From: Chlorokybus atmophyticus
Lineage: Eukaryota > Plantae > Mesostigma and Chlorokybus algae
DNA: 64,000 nucleotides
Assembly (NCBI GenBank): GCA_009103225.1
Contig: RHPI01003261.1
Location: forward strand, 62,001-126,000
Direction of reading: 5' to 3'
Shown here: piece by piece, positions 1 through 14,000 of the stretch
How positions within the stretch are numbered: the first letter of the stretch is position 1
Layout of the letters: the number at the start of each line of letters is the position of its first letter
Program-made: the position numbers and the translations under genes
The notes under the pieces: model-generated
Database searches by the model: none
Seen by the model: only the letters and a program-made list of their open reading frames with translations
What the model was told of the DNA's origin: nothing

Positions 1-508
1 AATAAACATTTTGTATATAGAGTTGGAGAGTTAGCAGGCAATACCATGTGCTGGACCACACGGCGAGCACCGTTGGTGATCAGCTCGTGGAAGGACCCAG
101 AGTGGTCTTGGCTGCTAGAGGCACCTGAACCTGTGTCCAGACACTTGGTCTCGATTGCTTATACAACCCATCCAATTCTTTTGCTTCGTTACTGCAAGTG
201 TTAGTTTGCCATGGCATATACGCATAGTGCATCTTTCAATGAGACAACATGTGCACTTATATAGGACACAAGGCCATGCCGCCTGTTATTACACTTCCTC
301 AGCAAACTGGCTGCAGTCTTGAGGAAGCCCTTTGCAGCATTTTCTGTTGACTCTAAATAGAAACTGATACAAGTGTGATGCATGCAGCGAGATGCGCATG
401 CGCAGGCACTGTTCATCCGGGCAACATCATGATTGCCAGCTGCAAAGCAACAAGTGCACCCACGCATATCAACTAAATAAACACAGCGCACTGGAGTGAA
501 GTGGCGGG

Positions 509-3500
509 CTATGTGCGGCTACGATGTCTGCTGCTGCCTCGACTGCTACTACTGCGACGATGTCTGTACTGATGATCACTGCTGCGAATGGCAGACAACT
601 GTTCCCTGAAAAAGGGGTGGTTTAGGGCTTCTGATGCTTTTAAACGCTCAGAGGGCTCGTACTTCAACAGTCCGCTCAGCAGGTCGGCAAAAGCAGACAT
701 TGCTGGACTCCTTTCCTTGTCATACAACATATCCTGCAAAGGATCGCATGCGCATGAGCACAAACCGATCTTGCGTATCAACCCTTAGCCAACATATAAG
801 CAGTATGCTCACCCGCAAACGGTCCAGTCGTCGAACGGCTCGTATGCTTTCATGAGAGGAAGCGCCGTCTGGCCAGTTGAGTACATGGCCATCGTGATGC
901 CGAAAATAGTGTTGGGAATGGCGGCTGTGATGAAAACAAGCTGATGAGAGCATGTTTTGGGTGCAATGCCAAAATGAGCAATGCCTTGCGTGATTGTTTG
1001 CACTGATGTTGAGACAAAACTTACTCAGCGCGCGAAGCCAAGTGTTGCGGTATGGAGCCCAAAACGCGCTCCATCATGGCGAGATGCTCCAAATTGTCAT
1101 GCGTTTGAAACAGAGCGTTGCCCTGGCAACATAACATGCATTCAACAAAAAGGGTGCATGCCACCAGGTTTGCACCCATGAAACATACATCCCTCACCGT
1201 CACCAGCTCAATCAGGATGCAGCCGATACTCCACATATCGCACGGGTACGACCAGCCAAGGCCTGCAAGCAACAGCTTATTAGCACCACATACTTCACAT
1301 TGGTAACTGCTGGAATATGCTTGTCACTGTCGACTTGCATCCAGGTGGCATCCCACCAAGTATGACTTCTGGCGCACGATAGTGGCGTGTTGACACAATG
1401 CGCGAATGGTACTGCCCATCAAATGTAGCACTGCCAAAATCTATAAGCTTGATCTGTTTTGAGACAGGAACTCGCTTGTGGCCCTTATCCTGAACGCAGA
1501 CCATGCACGCAAAGCACCGAATATCATTGAATGACAGAGTTAGTAGTAAGCACTCTACACAGTGTTGATCATACAACTTGGTGCACGATATGTGGCATGA
1601 TGTACCACAAGCACTGCATGGTGTTTATGCTACAACATGCAGTGCCTGAGCCAACTACTCGGTACCTTGTGAGGCACCTTCGTGTAAGCTGAAGACACGA
1701 GAAGAATGTTCTCCGGCTTCAAGTCTGTATGGATGAGTGTCGTTTCATGCAAGACTGAAGCGTCTCTGTTAAGGGAACCAGCACCAGCTTGGTAATCTGT
1801 GCGCGCAAGCATGCATATATGACGAATGTGTGCAATGCCAGCTGCAACAGGATACAGGCTACGGCCTCAAGTATTTGCTTGGCGATGTCTTGGACAATGC
1901 TGAGTGAGAACCCTCTGTACCGATTCTTCCGCAAGAAGTCATACAGACTGAGCCCCAGTTTCTCAAAGACCTGAAGCCATCAACGTGAGAACAGGACACA
2001 ATGCAAGCGGATGGACAGCAAACTGTGTACAGCGATGCATGTGCTTACCATACACACATGGCCCCGGTAGTCGAACCAGTCTAGAAGTTGCACGCATCGA
2101 CTGCGACAACGGCCACGGTTGCAACAATGTCAAGGCAACACGACTTTGCACGCTGTTGCGCCAAAGCACAGACAACCATGTCTGTACGACCCAGTGCTCA
2201 CTATTTTCCATCTGGATCGTGTTTCTGCAGGTGCCTGAGGACATCCAGCTCTATCATCGCCGCATCGCGGTACTTGCTGACATTGCGGATGATCTTGATG
2301 GCGACATAAGACTTCTTTTCTCGGTCCCAACATTCCGCAACTCTACCGAATGTGCCTGAACCATGCGCAGCACAAGCCACAGCACATTCACACCGCTTGC
2401 CGAGCTTATGTGACTTGGATCTTGACTCAATGCGATTTCGTCCTTTGATGACCCGCATGCAAGTAATGCTCGAGCAAGTTGATTTGTGCATAGCTTTGGG
2501 ATGCCAACACAAGGCTCTGGCATGATAAGCTTGGCATACCTTCTCCCATTTTGCTGAGTATTTTGTCTGCAAGCAAGCAAAGGGGCTTGTTACCACCCAT
2601 CTGAGCTGCAAGTCAACATGTGCATATTAAGTACTCACATCGTGATGACAAGCTGTCGCCCAACTCAAACGCATAATGCCCATCTTTCTCATCCGGCCGC
2701 CAAGGAGGGGATGCGCGTTTTCTTTTGGTCCCATTTGCTACAGGTGGTCGCGACCCTTCGGAGGCCGCAACGTGATCACTTGTCTCTGGCTGTGACACGC
2801 TGGGAACGCTCTCAGGTGCTGTTTCAGGTTTAGGTTGGCCTAAGGGCGCAGGCCTTTCCAGCAGCTCTGCTGTTGTTGTTGCAGTGGCTTCTGCAAGCAA
2901 GGTAAGTATGACCAAGCAACGAGAGTATGCCCAAACAACAAGCAGTCACAAGCATGCAGAGTGCGTGAACACGTGTGAAGCAGAGCTTGTAACAGTGCAC
3001 TGCTGACCTGTAGTTTTAGTTGTTGCCTCTGCTGGTAGCGTCCGACATATTGAGGGTGGAGAAGGTGCTCTCTCGCGCGGGGGAGCGAACACAAACGGCG
3101 ATGAGGAGGTTGCGGGCACCTGCGGCTCTGGAATCCCAGGAGAGGCTGAGTGGCCACCAGACCCCTCATCGCTCTCTTGCTCAGAAGGTGGCTGCATTGA
3201 CAACAACGGATGTCAACACAAGCTAATAGACCACTACCTTACATACAACCCATACGGTATTGTACTGTTTGCTCACTGCCAGTAGAGTATAACACTGATG
3301 GGACAGATGGTCAACCAACAGTTGCTGTCGATTAGTGTAAGGGCACAAGCGAGTAGCATCAACTCAATCAGCCCTTGTATTACAGTAGGTCTGTGATTTG
3401 GGATGAGCTGGAACCACAAACAGACTGCTGTTGAAGGACTCAACACCATGCATTGCATGACTCACGCAGCAGCTCCAACCGTAGCCCTAACCCTAAATCT

Positions 3501-3893
3501 AAATCTGAACCCAGCTGCCATGACCAAGAACCTTTACCACTAATCACATCACACCCACCCTTCTTTGAAACTGCATTGTATGCAGCCAGTGTGAACACTC
3601 CACAAGCAGCTCAAACGATGTTCCAGTGCCGGGAGACTGCGTGGTTGTGCATTTGCAGCCGGCTTGCATTGACTTTGCAAGTACCATAGCTGACATGGTC
3701 ACATGATTGCATGCTTGTGCACGTCGTCACGCAACGGTAGCTGTTTGGGCAAAGGAACGCTATACGTTGAGTAAGCATACTACAGCAGCACGGTTAGTGA
3801 CAGCGAGTATGGTTGTCCAAGCCAGATCACCTTGTTCATGTCAAACTTAGGTCTCTTCTTGTATATCACAGCTTGCGCCTCTGCAAACTCCAT
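509..3893 (-). CDS. AFC: LAMMER family (AFC/CLK) dual-specificity SR-protein kinase, multi-exon
   Basis: Spliced exons give [87 protein letters not shown] and the signature [15 protein letters not shown], with an RS-rich tail. First coding exon 3831-3893 ([21 protein letters not shown]) splices in phase 0 to PPSEQ... at ~3191. A possible in-frame upstream ATG lies at 4066. Confidence 0.95.
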
Positions 3894-4278
3894 GGTGCGG
3901 CCCAGTCTCAAGCAGAGAGCGTTCCGCCCTAGCTGTTGCCTCAAACACACAACCTCAACAAGCTTGGCCAAGTTTGACAGCTGCGATTCCGTAAGATTCC
4001 CTAAACATTGTCATACACGACATTGCCACTGGCAATGAGTGCAACACCAGCCACCTCCTTCACCATCTGGCTGCATGAGGTGCATTCCAGCCTGTTCCTC
4101 AACGACCACTCCAACTGCCACCAGTCTAAACCACTATACAAGAAGCCTGAGTAAAGCCTGGCGCACAGACAACGTCTTGTTAAAGGAGCATACAGCAGAG
4201 CGACGGTTGGCCACGACGCCGCCACCGCCACCACCGCCCTCGCCGCCGCCCTCGCCACGTGGGTTAGCTTCAGAACAC

Positions 4279-4295
4279 GGTTAGGTTAGGGTTAG
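4279..4295. promoter_or_regulatory. Telomere-like GGTTAG/TTAGGG cluster in the AFC/VTC4 divergent promoter region
   Basis: GGTTAGGTTAGGGTTAG. Confidence 0.35.
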
Positions 4296-5161
4296 ATTAA
4301 CTAACCACAACCTTAGCCCTGGATCTGGATTGCTTTGTTCCGTGTTAGACGAATTCCATCACCACCGCAACTCATAATCCCGTCAATCGTTCATCAGCAT
4401 AGCTTACACTTTTTCTCATAGCCTTCGTCTGCAGTTAGCCCATTTTCGTCTGCACGTCGCTGGCGCTCGCAGCAGTTTGTAACAAACTGCGACCAGCTGA
4501 AGCCAAGCACACGACCACTTCATACCTAATCTACGAAAAAAGTCTTCCAATATTTTCATCAAGCTCAGTAGAACATGCGTTAGCGTCGTTAGCCGAGGTT
4601 AGATGCTCATCCAACGGCTGTGCAACGCCCAGAAGTTGCCAATTGAACATCACCGTTCCACTGAGCAGATGCTTTTCCAATAGAGTGCATTGTGCTGATG
4701 CGTGACACATTATGCTTAACTCTGTCGGCGGTGGCAGGGTTGGCGTCGTTTGCGGCGGTGGTGGTGGCGGCGGTGTGCTCGCGCAGAGCAGCGAGGCAAT
4801 TGGACTGCTTGGGAAGGTGGAGAGAGGTGTTGGGGCTCGTGGCACCGGCGTGGTCTCTGCTGTGGTGCATCTGTACAGATGAGCAGCGGCCGTGCAGCAG
4901 CTGCACAAGCACGGCAGTCCGGCGGTTTGCAGGCGGCGTGTGTGCATTGACTGTGACTTTGAGATTGGTGCTGTAGGTGAGCGCTGTGGTGTGCTTTACG
5001 GTTTGTTTGCGGACTGAACTGTTATTCCACGCTATCGCGGCGGATTTGGTGAAGCTGCCGTTTGCATGCAACCATGATGGCTGAGCGAGTGCTGTGCACT
5101 GCGTTGCGCATTAGGTTCGGCTTGACGGGCGCCAGCTGGTGGTCATAGACGCTCCGTGACC

Positions 5162-8100
5162 ATGAAGTTCGGCAAGTTTATGCAGCTGCAAAGCAGCGAG
5201 CATCCAGAATGGTCCAACAGTCTGGTGGATTATGCAAACCTGAAAGGCATCCTAAAAAGCCTCAAAGAGGTCATGAAGGACGAAGGTACGTGAAGCTACG
5301 GCCAGCCTTGTGTTGAGTGGTACTGTGGACCGGTCCAGTGCAACCCACAATCCAGTGCATGCTGTTGGAGCAAGCGCTCGCACCATTGACAGTGATTCTC
5401 GCCTGTCGCATGCCTGTCCCATCACTGGTAAGCCAGCCGTCATTGCTTTATTGCATGGTTGCGTACAGGTGAGGCTGGACCCTCAAAGCCGTTCGCCTCC
5501 TTAACTGTGCCTCAGTCTCCCGATGGCTTTGGCACATCGCCGATAGCATACTTTGAAGGCAAGCCGGTTAGGGAGTCGGACTTTTTCAAGCTGGTCGACT
5601 CGCAGGTGTGGATATGCAGGGTTTTGTATCACAAACGCATTCGCGTTCACGCATGGGTTGCAACACTCAGGCCACATTGGTAGCCGAAACCAATTGGTTC
5701 GTTTCTGCACAAACAGGTTGAAAAGGTTGGAAATTACACCACAGATACAGTAAAGTCCCTTCGAGATCGCACAGAGTCTCTTCAGCTCAAAGTGGCAAAC
5801 CAGGATGCCATGCCTGAGGGCACTGCTAAGAATAAGCAGAAAGAAGTCCTGGAAGCGGAGGCAAAGTCTCTCGGGGATGGGTTTTTGTCGCTTGAGAAAT
5901 ATGGTAACGCTCGTGTTTATCAGATGGTAGTGTTAGCCTGGTTCGTCCCTGTTCAGATTGACGAAGTCATTGTTTCCGTTGTACATGTAATCAACCTTTG
6001 TTACATGGGCTGCTTGGAGCCTGGTGGTCTGTCGACGCTTTTTTGAATGACAAACACCGTTGCCATTGTACCTGCAGTCAATCTTTGTTACATGGGCTTC
6101 TACAAAATTCTTAAGAAGCACGACAAGATGTTACCCACAACGCCTTGTCGTCAGTTCTACATGTCGCGACTGCACCAGCAAAGGTATATCTTTGGCGACT
6201 TCAGCGATATCTTCGTCCAACTGAGCAAGATATACTCGAATCTGCGTGGAGACGTGGTTGCCAAAGCTGTGGAAGCAGAACAGCAGGTCAGTCTTATGGA
6301 CTATTACCAACTGCCGCAGTCAGTTGCTCTGGCACTGTCAGTCAAGCAACTCGTGTATGTAGTCACTGCAAGCTTGCAGTGTGCAGCCAATGCCTGCTTG
6401 GTGGTGGAGTAGTTGCTCTAAGTATGTTCCTTGTTTTGCAGAACTTTGTGCGCTCAACAAAGAAGTATTGGGTGCGGACAGAGGACGTGACTGCAGTAAA
6501 GCACTTCATCTTGCAGCATTTGCCTGTGTTTCAGCTCAATCAAGAGCAGTTGACTGGCGACTCGCAGCTGACCAACAGCGTGTACCTTGACAACAGGTGA
6601 GACTTGCGTTATTACAAATTATTTTCCTCACAAGCGGCTTGACAGCATGAGTGCTAATAAAACACTGATACTGTACTGGCGTTTGCAGTACTCTTGAACT
6701 GTACCACAATCGACTTGATAAGAGGCCTGGCGCAATAGCCGCGAGGTTACGCTGGTATGGCACTGGCGAGATAAAGACCGTGTTTGTTGAGAGGAAGACG
6801 CATCGGGAGAGTTGGAAGGGAGAGGTTTCTGTCAAAGAGCGCTTCACGCTGAAAGAGAACCAGGTCGTGCCGTTCTTGCGCGGCGAGTACACTGTGGACG
6901 ACAAAGTGGCTGAGATGCAAAAAGCTGGGAAGAGTGAAGGGGACATTGAAGCTTGCAAAACACTCATGTCGGAGGTGTTTCAGCAGATTGACACGAAGCA
7001 GTTGACACCAATGATCCGCACGCAATACATGCGCGTGCCCTTCCAGATACCTTTCGACCAGTCGGTAAGCATTGGGCGCCTTCTGTCTTGTTGACTGATC
7101 ATCAACCAGGGCCATGACAACAGCCTATGTGCATAACAAGTACTTTGGTGGAGATGCAGTCTTTGCTGTGTGCATCGTCATTTGTCACATGGAGGCTTTG
7201 TTGCTGGCAGGTGCGCATCAGCTTGGACACCAACTTGACAATGGTGAAGGAGAACCCTGACAACCAGCCAGCCTGCCTGACGGTTGGCCGATGGTGTCGG
7301 GATCCTAACGTCCCGGTCCCGCGCACGGAGATTACGCACTTTCCGCATGCCGTCCTGGAGGTCAAGCTGGCTCTGCCCGAAGGAGAGGAGACTCCCACTT
7401 GGGTCACCGACTTGCTTGAAAGCGGCATGTGCACACATGTAAGCAGAAGTCAAGGACACACAGCTTTTGTGTGTACAAACCGGAGCAATCACACTGCTTA
7501 CCATGCTATTTTAGGTGCACAAGTTCAGCAAGTTCATGCACGGCGCAGCAGTGCTTCTGCCGGATCTCGTGCAAGCGGTGCCATACTGGTTTGACGACCA
7601 GAGTATAAGAGCGTCCATCCTCAATGCTGCCCCGCTGGACGGCACGCGCAGCGCCATGCGCCTGGCGCTGCCTGCCAACGACGAGGAAAAGGTTGAACAC
7701 AAGCGTCCTGTGCGGCCCCTTCCAACCTCCACGCAAGCAGGACCTTCCGGCACGGGGCCGTCCGCAGCCGCTGCCGCCAAAGTCAATGCTGCTGCTGCCA
7801 GCGCACAGGTTGGTCCGACGCGCCCAACACGCCCGACAACACAACCCGCATCACAGCAGGTATGTAACCAAGAAGAAAAGCATCAGCACGTGACATTGGC
7901 TAAAGGAGTCATTTGTGTAGATGACACGCGATATGTGCGCAATGCTTGACTTCATTTGATATATCGCCATTGGCGACAAGGCCTCAGCTAGCCAGGCTGG
8001 TTGTTGGTATCTCAGTTGAAAATTCATTTGACTATCCAAACAGGTGTTGAGTCCCAATCTGGTACACCCGCTGCTGGGTGACGCTCCTAGAACCGATCTC

Positions 8101-8550
8101 ATGGGTGAAAGCGACAACGATAGGTCAATGGGCTGCTGGGATTGGGTCAAGCTCATGTTCGGTGCCGGGGACACGTCGCTGGCAGCAAAGGTGCAACAGA
8201 AGGTGGAGCCGAAGGTGTTCTTCGCAAACGAGCGCACGTTCCTCAGTTGGCTCAGCATGTCGGCGACCATTGGCACCATCGCCTCGGCCATGGTGGCCTT
8301 CTCTGCGAAGCGCAAGGACGATCTCGGTGTCGGCGTGGAGCTCATTGCCGTGCTAAGCCTCGTCCTTCTCTTCGTGGCGATGCTGTTCATTGTCTATGCT
8401 GTTTGGGTGTTCACCTGGCGCATGTCTCAGATCCGCTTGCGCGAAGACCGCTTTGACGATCGCAAAGGACCTTTGGTCCTGTCGGTGGTCGTCGTGTGCG
8501 CGCTGTGGGCGATCTTTGTCACATCTGTTCTTCGGTTGGTGCAACCATGA
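5162..8550 (+). CDS. VTC4: Vacuolar transporter chaperone 4 (polyphosphate polymerase), SPX-VTC-DUF202
   Basis: SPX start MKFGKFMQ...VDYANLK and NLCYMGFYKILKKHDK. VTC domain RSTKKYWV, AIAARLRWY, VFVERKTHRESW, HAVLEVKL, HKFSKFMHG. C-terminal KVEPKVFFANERTFLSW plus 3 TM helices. Confidence 0.95.
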
Positions 8551-11065
8551 GCGACACCATTGGAAGCGCTTTGCCCCTCTTCGTCAATGTACATGGTGGA
8601 TGGTGAGGTTGCGAGTACGTGGATTGTGTTAAAGTAGAGTACGCGAGTAGCTTGTGTAGCTTGTATCCAGCAGAGCGCAGTGTCCAGAGTGATGACACGC
8701 GTATTGGGGTCCATGAAAGTAGCCATGTGCACCTGTAGGTCGCAAGTTTAGTCCCCATAAAGTGCCCATATGACACGCTGTATACGGTGGTTGCACATAC
8801 GTAGCTAGTAGGTTCAAGCATGTTCCTGTGTAGCTGTCAGTTATGATTTTGGCAAAGCTGCAGGTCGTTGTAAGCAGTGATGGTTGCCAGTCCATGCCCA
8901 TGCAGTTGCTGGCCTTGGTCTGTAGTGGGTGTCAGTCTCTGTGTGCATGCGATGTAGTGACTATGTACATACAATGCGCGTGGCATATGCTCAAGCATAG
9001 TGACAATCACCATCCCACAATCATACCACTCACATTTTAAACTACCACGTAGTTCACCACCGGGCTACTATACCAATCCACCTACTACTGCTAACACACC
9101 TGTTTAGTCAGCCATGCAAGCATGCATACATGCGCAGTCACCTGCGGCTCGGTTGTGGTTAGCGGCCAGCCTTGCAGCGTCCACGACAGCAGACTCAACG
9201 AACTCCCCCTCTCTCCCCCTTGCCGCCAGCTCACTCAGAATGCACTGCCATCGCTCGGCAGCCGTTTAGTCGTTAGGGTTTCACATGCATACGTCAGCAT
9301 GACATCACACTAGCCAGGCAGTTGCTGTGTACATAAGTCTCAAGAGCTAATGCAGCATGCACTGATGTGCAGCTTAGCACATGTTTGCCATGCATGTTTG
9401 CAGTATGACTCATACCCAAAACATGGCTGCAAGCATATCCCATCACACCGCAACTTGCCCGTGCCAAAGGCATAAGCACCCAACCCCACCACCCAACCCC
9501 ACCAGCAGCACCTAACTGCCACCAATCTCTGACTGCCAACAGCACCACTACCACCCTGCACTGTGCGGTGCAGTGCTGACGTTGGCACTGCACCGCAAGG
9601 ATTGGGGTAGAGTAGCGGTCAAGGAAGCAGCATGAGCTGCAGAGCGAAGAGAGTGGCGGGAGAGAGGGAGAGCAGGAGGGAGGGAGTCGTCGTGTTTGCT
9701 GTGGACTTGCTTGCCGTTGGCACCAGCGACTAACAGCAGCCCATGTGGGCAAGTAATGACAAAAGTGTGCATGTGCATGCATGTCTAACGGGGAAGGCTA
9801 GTTGGTGTAGAGTAGAGAAGTAGCTTAGCCCGGTGGTAACAACGGTGATGTATACTAGTGTCAGTGAAATGCTTGAGTGATGTGCGTATTGCATGCGTGC
9901 GCACAACAACACGTCATATATATCCTGTACACGTGCACCACACTCACCACAGCAACAAGTTTGCACATGCTGAACCACCGGGGTCAGCGAAGTACACTGT
10001 ATACTTGTCTCACTAAATTTTGTCAGACGGTCACAAGGTCCCAGTGTCAAAGCCATAATGCTAACACAACAACAACGCAAGTTCAGAACGATCACAACGC
10101 GAAGACACATGACGACACAAATATGAACGCTAGCGTACACTGCTGTATATCACAGCTATCCCACCGCACCATGTTAGGCGTGCATATTCCAAGCACTATT
10201 CATATTAACCAGCACAGCACTCACACATACCGGCTGCTGTACAGGTACTTTACTTGCCTTGGCTTGTTGGGGTTGGGCTAGGTAAGTGGTAGTGCTAGAC
10301 CATGTAACCTGGCGTAGTTACATGCGTCTGCTGTGAGGTGAGTGCGTGTGTTTTGTGTGTTGCATACTATGTCCTACTATGCATGAACTAGTGTGCATAT
10401 GGACTGCAAGCTGGCACAACCAAAGACTCCTTCCCTTGATCCTATATACACGGCGTCCATGTGCATAGGGTAAAAGAGACGGTGCATGCATGCGTGGTTG
10501 ATAGTTGTTACCTGCACCGCGGCTGCTTGTTGGCACTGGCCGTTGCTGCACTCGTCACAGCAGGCATGCAGCATTGACGGACACTCCCCTCTAATTTCTC
10601 TCCCCTTCCCTCCTCTGCCAGCTTCCCCCACGCCCTCCACATCTTGTCATAACCGCACCTGCCAACTACATGGCAACCCTCGTAGTGCACTGCAAGAAGT
10701 GCGGTGCCTGTGGTGTTTGTATCTGTGCTGTTGATGGCTGAGATGTGCATTTCGTGGGGTGTGTGCAGCCAAGCGCCGGTATTGTATACTGATGCAACCC
10801 TGATGTGCACCCTTCTTACTGTACATTGTTCTGACGGTTGTTTAGGCTAGACTTTTGAGACGCGGTTTGTCAACAGGATTGTTCAAGAGTAACACAACAC
10901 GATAGCAAACATTCAATGTTGATATTGTACAACCAGCTTGTGGCCAGTCTGAGCACTGCTGGCCCTTGGCCGTCCCACGACTGCATTGACCCGACAGACA
11001 ACTATAGTACAGTGGCAATGACCACAAAGAATAAGCACACCTTAAAACGAATGGAAATCTCCCAC

Positions 11066-14000
11066 CTACTGCACCTTGCGAAACACCAGCACGGCCCACT
11101 TGGGCAGACTGATCGGCAGCTTGCCATGTTCCGCATAAATGGTTCCTCTCTTCTTGTTGCCTGAGTCTTCCCAGCCTCCAAATGCAGCTTCCTGACAACG
11201 CAAATGCATCGCAAGTGTGAGAATGTAATGCTGTTTCAAGTTTCAGTCCAACGCCACATTGCAAGCATGGTTACCTGGGAGTTGAACACTTCTTCATAGG
11301 CGGAGCCCTCAGCAACTGGAACTTTGAACTTTGGCCACTGCCCTTCGCTCATGTTCAGCACCGCCACCATGGTCTCATCGAAAGCCTGCAGAGGTCAAGC
11401 CTGTCAGAACAACCAAAGCCTGCTTGCCTAATGCTGCATATCACGTATTGTGACATGATCTGTAATACCAACTGTTGGAAGGTTGTGTCGAGGGCTACAT
11501 AAGTGATGCACGTCTTAGAGACACTAACAGTACGGGATGCGAGCAGTTGTGGTGCTGCGATACTGGCCACCATACCTTGCGTTGCACAACAATGACCCAA
11601 GTCCCTCTGTCCGCCATCAGAAAGTCCACTCCACCGATACGCAGCGCATGACTGGAGAGTCTCAGCTTGTTCATTGCCGCCACGCACGCCTGCATCTGCC
11701 GCCCGTGCTCATCCACTGCAAACAAGGGGATGTACCACATGAACACCACGAAATCACGCGCAAATGCACTGAAACATATGTACCGAAATATGGCTTACGG
11801 GCAAAGTCCCAGTTGAACCGATGGTGCTCGTCGATGTGCCACCAGCCTCGGCTCAAACACTCCGAACCCATGAACGTCATTGGCATGCCAGCTGCCACTC
11901 CCATTACGCCGTACCACATCCGGACTTGCGCGCGCGCGTGCCACGAGTCACGCCCTCCATAGTGCTCCACAGCATACCTTAATAGTACAATGTGCTGAGA
12001 CGCTCGCTACGCTAAGCTCTGTTCTCTATGCATCAACAAGCAGCTGCTTGCCGCGAGCTGCTTGAAACAAGCACATGCACGCATTGTGTGTGACCTGCAC
12101 TTTGACTGATGTTGGCATTGATGTGTAATTGACAGCATGTATATGTGTACCTGTGCTTGCCTCCAATGGACTCAATGTCCGGGTCAAACCCGCCGTTTTT
12201 CCTGCAGCCAATCTGGTCATGCGATCCGAGGAAGTACTTGACGCACTGGTGCGGCTTCGTGAAGCCCGAATGCAGTCTTATGTTTGACAACAGCCTGTCC
12301 ATGTCCCTGTCTCCCCGCATGAACCCGATGGCGTCGAAGAAGGCCGCGTGCGCCCATGTCGAGTCAAAACCAGCGTTGTGTATCACCGCTGCGGTCTCGG
12401 GTGTGATCTCTGCAACACACAACACCATAGTTGTCAACAACCGAAAAAAATGGTGATGCACACATCACAAACACGAAACTTTCTACTATACCACTGATCA
12501 GCACTCTGCCCGGAAACTCATGGCGCAGAACATACGTCAAGTGTTGCAACAAGTCCCACGGCATGTTGTGCACCGAGTCAAATCGCAGCCCATCACCTGC
12601 GTTGCAGTCGCAAGTTACAACCACATCACGCTTGCACACAACCATCACCTGGATGATCACAGCGTTGATGACATTGCATAGGATTATTAGGTACCGTTGT
12701 ACTCATCCAGGAACATCCGGGCTGAGTCTGTGATCATCTGGCGCACTTCTGTCTTGAAAAAGCAGAACATCCTGCCCCAGGGAGTGTCCTTGCTGCCCTC
12801 AAAGTATATACCTGAGAGTTGAGCGCGCAATGACGATTCAAGCGATGCTGTAACTGTATGTCCTTCACCCAACAATAGTGTGATTGACACGCAACAGAGT
12901 GCTTAAGCAACGTACCTCCATTGTTGTTGGGGCCCCAACCGTCCCACTCCCATAAGCTGCTCGCAACAGATAGCCAGATCAATGTTGAGCTAAGGTTCCA
13001 AACAAGTGCGGCCTGGTGAAAAGGTGAAACAACCAATGCAATCTGCAAGGAGAGAAACCAGGATTTAGGTGCATGTATACCTGTTCAGCCTGGACGAGCC
13101 ATGGTTGAGCACCACATCGAATATGACAGCCAGCCCTAGTCAGTGTCACAGTAACACACTATGTCAGGAATTGCATGAAAGTTATATTAATGCGCGCCAA
13201 TACCCTCTAACACCAACCAACAGGTGGATAAGTATCAAGGATGCGCATTTGCGCAGACTCTAGATACATATGCATGACAATTGCGTGTGGAATCCACCAA
13301 CTCAAGTAAACAAACACGTGTGTTGGACACGATACGATGACAATGGTGCCATGAGTTATTCTTGCTCAACAAGTAGCTGGAATACCTTTCTGGTGGCAGG
13401 TATCCACAAGATGGCGCAGTTCAGCTGGCGTGCCGAATGGGCCGTGAACTGACATAAGAAGACGCGGGTTGTACCCCCACTGCCCGCCAAACTCATGCAC
13501 CGGAAGGAGCTGAATGAAAGTCCAAAGTCGATTTAACATCAGCTACACATCCAACACAAACAGCGTACAGCGCTGTAGAGAGAAATCAAGTAAATTTTCA
13601 GAGGCTTACCTGTATTGCGTTGAAGCCGAGTGACTTGATGTAATCTAGTTTAGCTTCCATTGCAGCAAAAGTACCACCGCCCTTGGGATTGTCACCATCG
13701 TGATACCTTCGAAATGGCACAAGTTGATAGGTTGTAAAGCACAAGTGCTGGTTTATGTGTATACTCACCCTGTGAAAGAGCCAATGTGCAGCTCATAAAG
13801 TATCAGCTCATCATAAGCTGGCCTCTCAAATGGCGTCCAGTTGTAGCTTGTGTCTGTTATAATGCATGCGTCTGAGTTGTAATCGGTGTGACGAGCGTAC
13901 GGGTCCCTTCGATGCAGCTCGCGTCCGTGGGTGTACACCAGATAATGGTATGAATCGCCCTGTCCAAGTTATACACGCTGTAGCATCTATGCCAACTCCA

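Noticed and set aside
9640-9680. GAAGAGAGTG resembling the miR156/529 family
   Set aside because: Only a short purine-rich match, with no star strand or local precursor hairpin.
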